A stretch of DNA of 64,000 nt from Eledone cirrhosa (GCA_964016885.1 OZ024753.1:37014001-37078000), one strand, 5' to 3'. Counted from the first letter of the stretch, positions 1 to 15,540 are shown. Program-made: numbers and translations. The notes: generated by a model from the letters alone, not told the origin.

Positions 1-238
1 TGCTTCCGAAGCCGCAGGGTTTTCTTTTCAGAGTTGCCCTCTCTTAGAAAGGTGTTGTGACAACAACTTGGGGGCTTTTCACTACCAGGTTTTAAAAAAA
101 AAAAAAAAGTACTATTTGGATGGCCGTTGACTCTGCTGAGTTCCTCCGCCTTTTGGTTGTGTCATCGGCAACTAAACCGGCAACCCGACCAAGCTTGCTT
201 GGTGAGGAGGGTGATACTTGGACACCCTCATCATCATC

Positions 239-571
239 TTCATCATCACTTTACGTCCGCTTTTCCCTGCTTGCAAGGGTGGGACGGGAACTGATTCTGG
301 TTTGATTTCTACAGCTGGATGCCCTTCCTAACACCAACCTCATTTACAGTGAGTGCTGGGTGCTTTTTTGCCGTGGCACCTCCACGACCACTTTGCAGTG
401 GAATGATAGAGACCCCAGTCCCTATCATCTCATTCCTACAGCTGAGTAAACTGGAGCAATGTGAAATAAAGTGTCTTGCTCAAGGAAACAACACATCACC
501 CGGTCTGAGAATTGAACTCACAACCTTTCCATTGCAAGGCCAATGCTCTAACCACTAAGCCATGTGCCTCC
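239..571 (-). mobile_element. tRNA-derived SINE with RTE-type 3' tail; other copies 5634-5882(+), 23850-24198(+), 34334-34675(+), 35263-35603(-)
   Basis: A box TGGCTTAGTGG, B box GTTCAATTC; tail GGTGTTAGGAAGGGCATCCAGCTGTAGAAA...GATGATGAT shared with the RTE 3' UTR. Confidence 0.9.
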
Positions 572-682
572 CTGCGGGATGAAATACAAGACATACATAC
601 ATACATGAAGTATTTATTCATAAATGGGCTGAGAATCTGTTGAAATTGACTTTCTATTGTATAATCTTTAATTTCTTTTCAG

Positions 683-859
683 GAAATATTTGAAGCCCTG
701 GATGATTCCCGTTGGCAGCCAATAGATAATGTAATGACAACACTGAGTCAGGCTGCTACTGCTGTTCTTTCTACATCACCTCCTTCCCCTACAGCTGATG
801 GTACTACAACTACTACTACTACTACTATTACTGCTGTTGCTGCTCCGATTGTAGCCTGA
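683..859 (+). CDS. Probable terminal coding exon of an upstream plus-strand gene (EIFEALDDSRWQPIDNVM...APIVA*)
   Basis: Strong acceptor tttcttttcag followed by 59 open codons ending in TGA; product not recognised. Confidence 0.5.
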   Translation, partial: EIFEALDDSRWQPIDNVMTTLSQAATAVLSTSPPSPTADGTTTTTTTTITAVAAPIVA

Positions 860-1290
860 AGAATGAAGCAAGATTTCTTGTTTTTTAAGATGACCTATCT
901 CTTCAACAGTGTTTGAGGAAGCATTTCCTCTCATCCATAAAGACCAATGTTTGACCATTGTCTGGGGAATGAACCAGCCTGAAGAATGAAGCAAATCTTC
1001 TCTTTTAAAGTGACCAGTGTCTTGAATATTGTCTGAAGAATGAAAAAAATTTCCTCCTCTGACTACAGCTTGAAGAATGAAGCAAATCTTCTCTTTTAAA
1101 GTGACCAGTGTCTGATTATTGCTTGAGGAATGAAGCACATTTCTTCTCTTCTAAAGTGACCAGTGTTCTAAATATTGCCTGAGGAATAAGGCAAATTTCC
1201 CCTCTTCTAAAGTGACCAGTATCCAAACTTTGCCCGAGCAGTAAACCAGATTTACCCCATCCACCCTTTAAAATGACCAGTGTCTGACTA
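856..1290. repeat. Degenerate tandem repeat, unit about 50-60 bp (GAAGAATGAAGCAAATCTTCTCTTTTAAAGTGACCAGTGTCT)
   Basis: Motif recurs about 8 times with divergence. Confidence 0.8.
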
Positions 1291-4200
1291 TTGCCCAAGT
1301 AACCTGTGCTAACTATTGCCTTATGAAAGCAAAGAGGTTTGGTCTCTCTTCTAAATTCACCAGTTATCTCTTTTAAGCTGGAAGACAAAGAAAGTAACTT
1401 AAGAACCTAAATAATAGCTGAAATTGTGACTATGTTAAGTTATGCTCCAAACATCAGATGAGAAAATGTTATATTATTAAACCCCTCAAGATTATTTGAA
1501 AATTATTGTTGCCTTTCATTATGGTAACGAACAGGAGAAAGTTGATTCTCCATCTACAAGTTAGAAAGATATTTAAGGTTCATGTATCAAAAGACTCAAT
1601 AAGGAATTGAAATGACATGGCAGCCTCTATGCGGTCACTTGACCTGCTAGAAATTGCCAAATCTCCCTCAAATTACACTCTACTGTCTTAAAAAGAGAAG
1701 GCCACATTGATGCAATATACCTGTAAGAAAAAAAAATTAAAAAATAAATGGCAAAGTTGACATTTGTGGGTTTTGAACTCTGAATGCACAGAATTGGAAC
1801 AGATACTGCCAGGCTTCCTGACCAACACTACTCATTCCTCCAAACCTCAGCAAGTTCAGTACAAAAGCTTCCACACCAAAGAAGACCACACTAAACTAAA
1901 CACATGAAATCCTTTATCTCCGTAACTGGGATACCTTGGAACTTCTTCCTGGCATGTTATGCTCACCCTTGCCTCTACCCTCATCAAAGCTTGAAGGTGC
2001 TACCCCTAGCATGGACACAGTTCAGTGAATACATCAGTAAAAGAAAGAAAGAAAAAAGGAGAATTTCAAACTAAATATCAACTGCATTGAATTTGTTAGT
2101 CTAAGAATGCCTGTGAAGACACGTGGCTTAGTGGTTAGAGAATTGGATTCGCAATTGTGAGGTTGTGAGTTTGATTCTCAGACCGGGCAATGCATTATGT
2201 CCTTCAGCAAGACACTTTATCTCATGTTGGTCTTTCTGCCAAAAGTTGTGATCAGTAGATAGTACCAGCAATGGAAAGACCAATGCATTGTTTCCTTGGT
2301 CCGATTTGATGACTTCCACCCTACTCGGTAAGTGAATGAAGTCTGGTAACTTGTCAATTGTATAAAAAAATAATGCAAGTGACTTAGTGTTTAGAGTGTT
2401 TGACCCACGATCACAAGGTTTGGGTTCAATCCATGGATTGGCAGGGTGCTGTGTTCTTGAACCGAACACTTCATTTCATATTGCTTTTCATGATAGGATT
2501 AGGGCCCCTATCATTAAAACCCCCTATAAACCTCCATTAAAGGCCAGTTAAACCTATACAGGTGTATACATTCTATTTCATGCTCCATCTAAAAAGATGA
2601 TGGGGTCTGTTGTAATAATTGGCTCAAAGTGAAATTGCAACCAGCATTTCCTAGTCAAGCTACAATCAAGATCTTCCTTGATATTTGCTGAAAGAGAGAA
2701 AAAATTGTCTATCTCTTTGTGTATGTATGTATATGTGATAATGAAAATTGTGTACTGTGCTCAGGTGCACTCCAACTCATCAAATGTGCTTGTCCAGACT
2801 TGTACCTCAGAGGGGAACTTTCTAGATGCAAATCCCATGGTCATTTGTGACTGAAGGGTGTCTTTACCCTTTACTATATATATATTCATTATTTAATCAA
2901 AAATTAAGGATAGGGAATTAGAACAAACAAACACTGGAAACTCTGTTCAAAATGAACAAATGGAAACATTCCACTCATCAGCTGTTCACTGGAGGTCAAC
3001 ACAATTTCTGATTCATATGGGCAGTATTACTCACCCATGTGCACCAGTAGCTATCAGGACTTAACTACTTACAATAAGACGAAATGACTGCACACAATAC
3101 ATTTAGGAGTCTTTCGATCAAAGTGTCAAGGAAATTGAGATAAGATAAATATATACCAAGCACAGGGTGATCCATATATGACATACAAAAATTATGTAAA
3201 CATAAACAAAAACATGTATGACAGAAATCAGTCTTTAGTTAATCCCTGCAGCAGCTCTGCTTGAGTAGGAAATTATGATTAAAGGTATTCCAGTTGTGAC
3301 CATCCTGTTTTTTATATGCTGAGAGAGAGAGAGAGCACCTAACAAACATCCATATTAGTAGAATATGATGGAGATTCAACTGCTATTTCTATCTGGTCAA
3401 CTATATAGAAGTTTCTTTGTTGGTTGGTGTCTGTGATGTTGGTAATGCCCGAGCATTATGATATAAAGGCGGTGGATTTGCAGTATCGGTAGAGGGTCGG
3501 ACGCCATGCTTTCCAGCATAGTTACGTCCATTTACGATCTGAGTTCAAATCCTGCCGAGGTTGACTTTGCCTTTCATCCTTACGTGGTCGATAGAATAAA
3601 GTACCAGTGATGCACTGGGTAATTGCTGGCCTTGTGCTTAAAGTAGAAACAATTATTATGATATAAAGACAGTGGATTGGTAGAGGGTCGGACACTGCTT
3701 TGCAGCACACAGTTATGGCCTTTTACGTTCTGAGTTCAAATCCCACCCAGGTTGACTTTGCCTTTCATCCTTGAGGAGTCGATAAAATAAAGTACCAGTC
3801 ACGCACTGGGGTCGATTTAGTTGACTTTCCCCTCCCCCAAAATTGCTGGCTTTGTGCCTATATAGGAAACCATATTTATGGGGTCGATTTAATCTACTTT
3901 CCCCCAAATATGATGTAGCCAAAGATATCAAATTGACCCGGGTGTATGTTGGACAAAATACTCTGATATGGTATTTGACATTGACCTTTCATCGTTCTGG
4001 CTCGGTAAAATAAAGTATCATTCAAATTGCTGGCCTTGGGCATAAATTAGGCACCACGTATTAGAGCTAACACAAGAGCTTCTATGTTGTCACTTGACCT
4101 GCTAAAATAGCAGCCAAACCTCTCTCAAATAACACTCTACTGTCTTAAAAGAACTATACATTGGATAACACAATCCTAGACACTGACAGCAATAAGTATT

Positions 4201-6110
4201 TTAAGGCCATTTCTCATCATCATCATCGTTTTAACATTCACTTTCCCTGCTAGCAAGGGTTGACAGATCTACATAGACCAAGTCAGTACTTAAGCAGTGG
4301 CTACTGATCTCCCAGACAAGCCAGGGAGCTGTTGTTTCACTTATGTAGAGTATCAGGGGTTAGCTTTGTGGGTCTCATGACATGCTTTTCTATCTTGCCT
4401 ATTCTCTGCATCTTTCTCCTCATCAATTCCCTGGCTTTCATTTCATCCTCCATCTTCCTCTTCCAATATTTCCTTCCATTTCTCCCCTCTCATCCAATCA
4501 CTTTCATCCTCCTGCAACACATGACACTATTATTGTATTACAAAAACATGGATGGTCACAACTAGAACACTTTCAATCATGGATCTGCTTAATCTGGATC
4601 AACCTAGGGCTAAACAACAACAGCAGCAGCAGCAGCTTTTAATTTAACCCTTTAGCATTTAAACTGGTCATAGCCGACCAGAATTCTCTCAGCTCTTTCC
4701 ATTCAAATTGTCTGTAACCGGCCATTCATACTGATGTTAAGGTATTGTTCTTAAAAGAAATAATATCGAATTCTCATAGATTTGATATTATGTGGGATAA
4801 CAGCTTTACCATGAAAATATAATAGTATATATATATATATAGAGAGAGAGTAATGAAAATGCTAAAGAGTTGAACTATATAAGGACTTCATTACATATTA
4901 ATAAACATTTTGAAACTGCATGGAGTCATTTATGACAAGTCATCGTACTGATCCAGGACTTGTAGAATGTAGATCTGAAATTGTCATCATTAATATATGA
5001 CTGTATATAAGAAATATTGTATTTTTTCTAAATAAATAATCTTATTCTTTATTTTCGAGTGGCTTTTTGTTTCTTTATCTATATACCCTTTCATTTTTTT
5101 ATCTTCTGTTCTCTTTCTCTCTTTCGCTCTCTGTAGGTGAGGATATTGGGTTGATAATTATAATGTTAATAAGGTTGCGAATGCCATACTTAAAACAAGG
5201 ACTGTGTCCTTGAATAAAACACTGTTTCACATTGTTTGTGTGTGTGTGTATATATATATATAAGGTGGCTGTGTAGGAAACACGGTGAAAAGGCTCCTAG
5301 TCCACATTGTAAATGTGGTTGGTGTTAGGAAGGGCATCCAGCTGTAAAAATAAACCAGCCAGAGACGCTTCCGTACAAACAAGACATGGTCTCTCGACCA
5401 TTCCCGCATCAAATGGAACAAAACCGTCTAACCCATGCTAGCGTGGAAGATGGATGTTAAACGATGATGATGATACACACTGGACGATAATGTTTAGCTT
5501 ATGAATCCATTTAGTGCTTTGTTATTGTCTCAAACAGCTCGATTAGTACCTGGCAGCTACAACTTCGATTCATATCCAATATTATGTATATAGATAGATA
5601 TGTGTGTGTATATGTAAAGAATAAACAGAAATAACAACAAGACACTTTATTTCACATTGCTCCAGTTTACTCAGCTGTAGAAATGAGATGATAGGGACTG
5701 GGGTCCCTATTATTCCACTGCAAAGTGGTCGTGTAGGTGCTACGGCAAAAAAGCACCCAGCACTCACTGTAAATGAGGTTGGTGTTAGGAAGGGCATCCA
5801 GCTGTAGAAATCAAGCCAGAATCAGTTCCCGTCCCACCCTTGCAAGCAGGGAAAAGCGGACGTCAAATGATGATGATGATGACTACAATGAAGAAATATA
5901 TTAGTTCAATGCTTGAAATAACAGACTGAGTCTTAACGTTTCGGACAATAGTAGAATTAGAAACAAGATGAAATAGAAAGATAAAGAGTGAGTAGAAGAA
6001 AGAACGGGGGAAAGAAAGACAAGTGCATATTCAGTCAACCATTTTGAGGATTTTATATATATATATATTCATACATTTTCAGCTACATTCTAGCAGAATT
6101 CATTTTGTTA

Positions 6111-6266
6111 CCGTATTTCCAGGCTACTTTTTTTCCTAAAATAAGTTTAAAAAATCTACCATGCGTCCTGGAGGCCGAAGGTTTATAATTTTTTTTTCAA
6201 ATTTTTAGTTGTCAAAATTAGGGTGCGTCATCGAGGACGAAGCGTCTTAGGCGCCGAGAAATACGG
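6111..6266. mobile_element. pogo/Tigger-type MITE
   Basis: TA-CCGTATTTC ... GAAATACGG-TA. Confidence 0.7.
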
Positions 6267-6910
6267 TACTTTTTATGAAATCAGTCATACATCCTTCGCC
6301 GAAATATAATCGTAAAGGGAAACAACTCTTTTAATTTATAGTTTCTTGCTGCGGATATTGATAACAAATTTAAGGGAACTAACTTATTCTGATTTATTTT
6401 ATTTATTTATTTTTTTCAAATGGAGGAAACAATATATTCTTGAATGAAGCAAGAATGTATGGGCATGCACTGCACATACACACAGAAGTGTATATGTATA
6501 TATACATCTATGTGTGTGTGTGTATGTATAGATACATATATTTATGTATCTCTGTGTATGTTGCTGTTATGTAACAATTGTTAGGTGCCTCTGAAATGTG
6601 CATAACGTTTGGTTATTCAATAAGTTGAAAAATGGAAAAGTAAAGACTTTCTTTTCTTTTACACACACACACATATATATATATATATTATAAAGAAGAG
6701 AAATGGTTTTAAATGTACATCCTCTGTTTATTATATAATTCTGTTATACGTATTTCGAAGACATCAGAGTGGTTGCATAATAACCATCTGACATAATATA
6801 GAAACTCCTGTTGATACCTTATCGATAACATTCTAAGGAATATTATCAGAGAGGACTTTATGTTTGTTAACAACAAAAGACGTTGGATTATCTTATCAAC
6901 CGACTTTCCT

Positions 6911-6957
<47 letters not shown>

Positions 6958-7965
6958 TAAAGATCCCGTTAAGGGTGAAAGCAGCGATTCGTTGCTTAAA
7001 CTTTAATCTGTTATTTTAATAAATATTTGCTCTACGGTTTATATATATATCAGATAGAGTGTGGTAAAAAACCAGGTAGATCATAACCCACCAGAGTACT
7101 CGATACTGGAGGTAGTAGAGTGGGCAAAATGAAAAGATTCAGGACCCTTGAGCTGTCGAAACGGCCGGAGCTCAGCCGTCGGGGTCCTGAATATTTTCAT
7201 ATATATATATAAAGAGAGATAGATAGATATGTATGTATGTTTATAGTATATATATTCTGTCGATTGGCCTTGGTTGGATTTGAATTCAGATTTAGATTAA
7301 TAATACAAAATCATTAAAGACAAAGTTGTTTTTTAAATGTTTATTAAAAATTGGTAATAATGATTGTATAATAATAATTGTATAATGATTGTATAATGAT
7401 AATAATAATTGTTTCTACTTTAGGCACAAGGCCAGCAATTACCCAGTGCATTACTGGTACTTTATTTTATCGACCCCGTAACGATGAAAGGCGAAGTCAA
7501 TGATTTTTACTATAGGCACAAGGCCAGCAATTTAAGGGAGAGGGGAAAGTCGATTAAATCGACCCCATTGCGTTACTGGTATTTTATTTTATCGACCCAG
7601 AAAAGACGGTGAAGAAAAGGAAAGCTAACCTCGGCCGGATTTGAACTCAGCGTAAAGAGCCGTAACTCCATGCCGCAAAGCATGTGTGACGTTCTACTGA
7701 TCCTGCCAATTATATAATAGCGTTAATTAATTATTTAAGCCACTCTTTATACATTCATTTTATTTACCATTTCCAACACCTCCTTTGTTTTATCCCCCCT
7801 CCCTCTTCGTTGCAATACGTCTAGCTCTCTCCAGGGGTAATATTTCTCCACATTCTCCTTACCAACAATACTTACCTAAGTCAATATATTCCGTGTTCTG
7901 CATCGCTTAAACCACTACACAGAGACTCTTCATAGATACCTTAAACATTTCCGCTGCTCCTTTCA

Positions 7966-8020
<55 letters not shown>

Positions 8021-8151
8021 AAAGTTTTATTTAAGATTGTTGGGTTACAACGAGTAAATATTTTATAACTGATATAAAAGCACTCAACAGTTTCTGGAGT
8101 AGGTTTACGATATTAAACAAATGGAAACTATATTTATAAAACCATGTATTG

Positions 8152-8217
8152 TATTTTGTCTGAGGAAGGCATACCATATTTTTAATATGATATCCCAGAA
8201 ATATATATAACGAAATA
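8152..8217 (+). ncRNA. Type I hammerhead ribozyme motif, family A (in element 8017-8260)
   Basis: TATTTTGT-CTGAGGA-stem II-GAAA-TATATA-TA-ACGAAATA. Confidence 0.7.
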
Positions 8218-8280
8218 AATATGGTTTTATAAATATAGTTTCCATTTGTTTAATATCGTATATATATATATATATATATA

Positions 8281-8385
8281 TTGGTAGAACACTGGAAGGT
8301 AATATCCGTAGTGGTAGAGCACTCAGTCCATGGGACGAGTTAGGTAGAAGTGGTTACACAACAGTTAGTTCACCATACCGAGAAC
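8281..8385. repeat. Dispersed TA-associated repeat, family M; also 23666-23800 and 28383-28520
   Basis: GTAGAGCACTCAGTCCATGGGACGAGTTAGGTAGAAGTGG shared by three copies. Confidence 0.85.
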
Positions 8386-8848
8386 GATTCTGGTAAATCA
8401 TCTCTCTCACATAATTGTTATCTAAATTCTCAGTAATATTTTACAAGGAATAGAAAGGTATATATTTTTTCACTATGTTGTATTTTAGATAAACACTTAA
8501 CACTTCAAGTAGAATTAAATTGTTGACTTGTTCTTCTTTTTGGTAAATATCATCTTGGTTAAGAGAGTGGGACTGGCTTTGTGAAGTGCCTTTGCTCACT
8601 ATAAAAGCTTCACGGCACAGGCATTGCTTTATATCTGTAGATCTCTCTGCACTTGTCGTCACATGATACCATGGGCCCAGCACTATGTGTCAATAATTGT
8701 CACAAGAGTAATGTTTGTACCAGAGTTTTCTAGTCTCTGGCTGGACTAAAAAGTCACACTCGTTCAGCGCATCGGTAGGGGTTCTCCTACATGGATATAA
8801 AGTAGTGGCCGTACTCGAAAACGAGTTGGCAGCCACCATATATGTATG

Positions 8849-8922
<74 letters not shown>

Positions 8923-9000
8923 TATGTATATATATATATATTTATGTATATATATTATATATATATGTATATATATAATATATATATATATGTATATATA

Positions 9001-9082
<82 letters not shown>

Positions 9083-9229
9083 CGTGTGTGTGTGTGTGTA
9101 TGTATGTATATATATATAATCAACTAAATGACAAACTTATTACCAATGGTTGTGTGCAAGTATCTAGACTGTATCGATGTGCCCGAATGAATCAATCTAA
9201 TGAATTTAATCGGTTACACGAAACCTTTT

Positions 9230-9948
9230 CCATATTACTTCGGAATCTTGTTCACAATATAAATCTACATTAGACTCCACACGTTACTAATACACCATTC
9301 ATTGTATTATAGCATCTTTTTGTATTACAAGACAAACAAAACCCGTCCTTATATAAGAGGGTGTTGTAGCTTGCTTGAAGTGTTATGTAAAGTATTGAAA
9401 ATACTGTTGTTTTGTTAAAAGGCTACATCAATAAAAATAGTACATTATGAATAATGATAACAAAGATGTTGAAATATTGCTTTGGAGTTGTTTAATAGTC
9501 CTTAATATTTCGGGACAAAATCCCGTCATCAAAAGAAGAATTGAGGAAACTAATTCGGGAAGAGAGATAGTAAAATTTTAATTGATTTGCCATATTACTT
9601 CGGAATCTTGTTCACAATATAAATCTACATTAGACTCCACACGTTACTAATACACCATTGTATTATAGCATCTTTTTGTATTACAAGACAAACAAAACCC
9701 GTCCTTATATAAGAGGATGTTGTAGCTTGCTTGAAGTGTTATGTAAAGTATTGAAAATACTGTTGTTTTGTTAAAAGGCTACATCAATAAAAATAGTACA
9801 TTATGAATAATGATAACAAAGATGTTGAAATATTGCTTTGGAGTTGTTTAATAGTCCTTAATATTTCGGGACAAAATCCCGTCATCAAAAGAAGAATTGA
9901 GGAAACTAATTCGGGAAGAGAGATAGTAAAATTTTAATTGATTTGCCA
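9230..9948. repeat. Near-identical tandem duplication of about 360 bp
   Basis: CATATTACTTCGGAATCTTG...ATTGATTTGCCA occurs twice consecutively. Confidence 0.92.
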
Positions 9949-10618
9949 CAGTTTTGCAGGAATTAAAATGTTTTCTTGATGTATACCTGTGTGGGAATAT
10001 ATAACATTTATATATGTGTGTATATCATTGCTTGTACAAATGCACAGAGGCGGGAAATTGGAAATAGTTACTAAGTGAATCAACTTCTAAAAAAAAAAAA
10101 AAAAAATACAAGTAAATAATTCTCTGATACATGTATAGTCTTTTTAATATTGGAACAAGGCCAGCAATTTGGGGAAGGAAAAAAATCAATTATGTCGCCA
10201 ATTGTTATTAACTGGTACATCAATTTTTCGACCACAGAAGGACGAAAGATAAAGTTGACCTCGACGGGATTTGAGCTCAGAACGTAAAGACGCGAAACTG
10301 AATGCTGCAAAGCATTCTGTCTCGTGTTCTCATGAACCTGTAAATCCGCCATCCTTCTATTACATATATATTGAGTACTTTTATATTCGTATATAATTTC
10401 ATGATCGAACGATCGAACCTTTTGTTAGCGTTTTTGCACATTTTAATTCACATAGTACATGGAAATAGGTAGGTGGGCATCACCCAACCGGTATTCAGGA
10501 AATAAAGCCAATATGGGTTATCTCATTTTGCTGGATACTTCTGAGGTGAAATGGTTGGTGCAGCAAATATCATTGGATGTTCCCCAACAATCGTACTTTC
10601 TCTATATTGTCCAAAGTA

Positions 10619-10959
10619 CAGGGTGGTCCGAAAGTCTTGTCACCCCTTGTCACATATCGTTTTAAATTTCATTACTTTTTGTTTTTATAATATAATATAT
10701 AATATCATTAATTATAATATATAATAATAATAATATAATTTTCTATTTCAGAGCTCCTACAGTTCGGAAGAGAGGCTGCTTGCAAGTGTATGGACACATG
10801 ATCGTGTGCATTCTGGCAAGAACATGGAGGATGTGCGACATGACTTCACTGCAAGAATTGGCAAACCAGCTCCTCCGAAGAGGACGATACTGCGATGGGA
10901 ACATAAACTGTTTCTCATTACTTTTTGGTAGGGGGTGACAAGACTTTCGGACCATCCTG
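10619..10959 (+). mobile_element. Internally deleted Tc1/mariner element retaining an N-terminal HTH (DUF4817-like)
   Basis: 28-bp TIR CAGGGTGGTCCGAAAGTCTTGTCACCCC with TA TSD; 10758-10920 reads YSSEERLL...VRHDFTARIGKPAPPKRTILRWEHKLF. Confidence 0.85.
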
Positions 10960-12529
10960 TACAATACATCTTAGAGTGTTGTAACGTTTTCCCCTTTCCC
11001 AATTTCCTCCTCCAAATTCTATTAATTTATTTTATACTTTATATTCCCTTTTGTTAGTTAATTTCTCTCTCTTCCTGTTTGTAAATATATACAATTGAAT
11101 AGATGAATATATGACGGCACCTGGCCTCGTGGTTAGGGTATTCAGCTCACGATCGTAAGACATGAGATTGATTCTCGGTGGTGCATTGTGCACTTGAGCA
11201 AGTCATTCTATTTCACGTTGCTTCAGTTCACTCAACTGGCAAAAATATTTATATTGTATCAGTAAACCCAAAAGGTCCAGCCTTGACATACACTGAATCA
11301 CAATGAATCTCCCTGAGAACTATGTTAAAGCTGGACTCATCTGTGGAATGTTCAGCCAATTACACGTTGATTTCATGAACAGATTGTTCCGTTCTTTAAA
11401 CAAACTGAAACACTCCTCGTTGGAGGTTCAACAATAACAATTGAATATGAGTTTTAAATCAATCAAATTTATTCTTTTTCTGCTGAGAATGAGGATTATT
11501 TCTTTTAGATTGGAATCTTCTGACAAAAAAGACCAAGTATTCAACTGTTTATTGCACTACTGGAAAATAAATATTGGATTGTTTTATTGTTTTATTTGTT
11601 TATTTATATATATTTTTGCTTAGGCACAAAATCTCTGTATTTCCGATGTAAAGGAAATAGAATGTTAGTTCTGCGTTCGTATCTTCCTCGTTTGGTCACC
11701 TGACCTATAGTCTAAGTTAAGTGAATTTACATCAACCGGAAATTGATTGAAACTTCATTGAAACCGTGGCATGCTGGGAGTTTACCGTTTGCTGTCAGTT
11801 GCTCAGCCAACCATGACTAAATGTTTCTCATCTCACGTTGTGTACGACGTGTCTTTAATATATACAATAACCTATACAACTTGCCATTGTACACACACAC
11901 TCTCTCACACACATACACACACGTGAATTTATTCTTCCTCTTCTTCTTTGTTGTCTATAGAAGTTGATGATGACGTTCCTGTTTATGGCAGTCGACAGTG
12001 GCCGCGCACATAGGCGGAAAGTCCAATAGATGATGCTCTCTCTCCCATATACACATACACCAATATATATATACACACACATACAAACATGCATCACACA
12101 AACCCAAACATACACACAGAAACACCCACTCACACACATCAACATATAGAGATTTTTACATACATAGGTATATACACATACATAAATATATACATACATA
12201 TACATACATAAAAAATACATACACACATACATACGTACATACATACATGATGGCTGCAACTCAAATAGTGCCATCACTTGATACTTAAGTACACACACAC
12301 ACACATACATACATACGAAATAAACCAAACAAACAACAAACAATGACAACAAAACAATGTAACTTGAATTTTTTTAAACTTCATTATTGATATTCAAGGT
12401 TACATGGCAGATTTGGTATACCACAAACAAGACCTCACTCACTAACACATACTAAGACCGGCTTTAGGACGATAAATTGATTGTTCCAGCGAGGTGGGGA
12501 TGAAGGGCGCTTAAAATATTTGATATTAA

Positions 12530-12737
12530 CCCTTTAGCATTTAAACCGGCCGTATCTGGCCAGAATTCTTTCTCCGTTTTCTGTTCAAACTGGCCATAAC
12601 TTGCTCTTCATACTGATGTTAAGATATTGTTCTCAAAATAAATAATATCAAAATTTCATAGATTCGATATTATGTGAGATAAAGCCTTTACTGTGAAAAT
12701 TCAATAGTAAATAAAAAGTAATGTAAATGCTAAAGGG
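12530..12737. mobile_element. piggyBac-type MITE; other copies 4648-4869, 21943-22149, 37760-37980
   Basis: TIR CCCTTTAGCATTTA flanked by TTAA on both sides. Confidence 0.9.
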
Positions 12738-13593
12738 TTAAACCGTTTGAAATTCCCGTGGTTCAATGATAGAAAAATTGCTTATCTTAAAATGTTTATA
12801 TTTATCTTAGAAAAAGAAAACCCTTTACTTTGTAGCTTTAGTTAAGCTATACTTAAAATATCAACAAACGATGTTTTGTGAAACTGTTGTTTATTGTGTA
12901 ACAAATATTTACAAAGTGTAAGGAGGAACGATCTGTCCCTAAAGTTCGGGTCTCGTTAACCGCTTAACCGTAAGTCCCATCACTGCCGACCTGTTCAACA
13001 ATCGGTCTGCAGCAAAGTCCTTTCCGTCAACAGTTCGCCGTTACAAGCTTACGACAATTTTCTACACCTTCCATTATAATTTTATATAAGAAACTTTGTT
13101 AAGCTGTGCTCCAAACACGTACCTAATAACCGGAAAGTTATGTAAGTAAATACTTCTAAATTCTTGATTATTTTCAGAAGGATTTGAAAACCATAGGCAA
13201 CGTCTTTAATTAGAAATCTTGTAATGAAAGAGTTAACCTCTTCTTTCAAAGAGTCAAGTATCTTAACATCAATTCATAAGCAAATCAAACGCTAGAATGT
13301 AAAGGAGATAAATGGTGGTGGATCAGCTCAGCTTCTGTAAAATGGCCGCTAAAAATGTAAAAACCATCCAAAGAGTGCTAGAAAATCTTTACGGTATCCC
13401 ATTACTATATCAAACCCTAATATTCAAGGGAGATACATGGGGGTAAGTCAGCTCACTATTTTGTATAAAATCAGTTCAACAAAGATCCCAAGAGTGGCCC
13501 TGCCTGAAATGTTTGAACTCTCTTATGACACACTAATAATGGCCGTTTAAAACATAATTCAAAAAATTAAAAAGGTTTTTAACATAATCCATT

Positions 13594-13643
<50 letters not shown>

Positions 13644-13794
13644 AGAGTCGGGAACCGACAGCTGAGCTCTCATCGTTTCGGCACCAAATTCCAGATTCGA
13701 CAAGAGGTCAGCCGTTGGGCCCTAACTCTCTAATATATTTACACTCTACTATCCCAAGTATCAAGTACTCTGCTGAATAATGGTCTTACTAGTT

Positions 13795-13857
<63 letters not shown>

Positions 13858-14411
13858 CTTTGGATTTTAGTCTCCAAATTTATTATTATTACGGGGTCGA
13901 TAAAATAAAGTACCAGTAATGCACTGGGTAATTGCTGGCCTTGTGCCTAAAGTAGAAAAAATTATTGACGGGCGTGAGAATGAGTACTCAATACAGGAGT
14001 AGAGTTTAAATATTCATTTATTCATTTGCTATGGCTCAGCTGTGAGCCTCGTTACTCTAGACCTTCACCTGTATACTCACAGGATCATTAGACAATACTC
14101 TTGCTATAGTAAATGAACATATATATACGCATATATATATATACACACATAGACACATATATATATGCATAAATATACATATACATTTATGTATGTATAT
14201 ATATATGTATATATATATATACACATATATATATATATATACACATAGACATATATATACGCATATATACATATACATTTATGTATATATATACATACAT
14301 ATACATTTATATATATATATATATATACACATATATATATACACACACAGACATATATATACGCACATATACATATACATTTATGTGTATATATATATAT
14401 ACATATACATT

Positions 14412-14443
<32 letters not shown>

Positions 14444-14444
14444 C

Positions 14445-14485
<41 letters not shown>

Positions 14486-14486
14486 C

Positions 14487-14527
<41 letters not shown>

Positions 14528-14583
14528 TTTATATATATATATATATACATATACATTTATATATATGCATATACATATACATT

Positions 14584-14614
<31 letters not shown>

Positions 14615-14720
14615 ATATATACATATACATTTATATATATATATATATACATATACATTTATATATATATATATATACATATACATTTATATATATATAT
14701 ATATACATATACATTTATAT

Positions 14721-14783
<63 letters not shown>

Positions 14784-15285
14784 AAATGCGACCTCTTCGG
14801 ACGTCAGTTAATTTCAATGAAATCTTTCCAACATAGAAATATTCCCCACCCCTGAACTAGGAAAAAAGGGGTACTATAACTGGGTCCTTGAACATCCTAG
14901 AGCCGGCGACACACACCCATATTCAGGCTTTTAGACACGTACACATGCTTCTCACGTATAATATAACAGACCTGGAATCTTAACATGCAAAACGCTTATA
15001 TATTTCCAAGCAATAGCATAAAACATAAAAACAGGGATGAAAAAAAAATATATATTCAAACAAACCAGGAATAAATTTAAGGGGGTTCCATCCACTAACT
15101 AATGACTAAAATAAAAGGTAACAAGATGCTGATGGTGGTGATGGTGGTGGTCGTAGTGGTGATGGTGGCGGTGATGATGATGGTGATAGTGATGATGATT
15201 GTAGTAATAATAGTAGTAGGAATAATATTAAGGATTATGTGTATATATATATATAGATACACATATATATATATATATAAATATG

Positions 15286-15316
<31 letters not shown>

Positions 15317-15457
15317 ATATACATATACATATATACATATATATATATATAAATATACATATATATATACATATATATATATAAATATACATATATATAT
15401 ACATATATATATATAAATATACATATATAAATTATATATATATATAAATATACATAT

Positions 15458-15540
<83 letters not shown>

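Noticed and set aside
319-558. Recurrent 79-aa ORF MPFLTPTSF... (also 5582, 34348, 35350)
   Set aside because: Antisense reading of a SINE; recurrence reflects repeat copies.
856-1290. Repeated CTGAAGA as possible tandem hammerheads
   Set aside because: No stem II, GAAA, NUH and stem I arrangement could be built.
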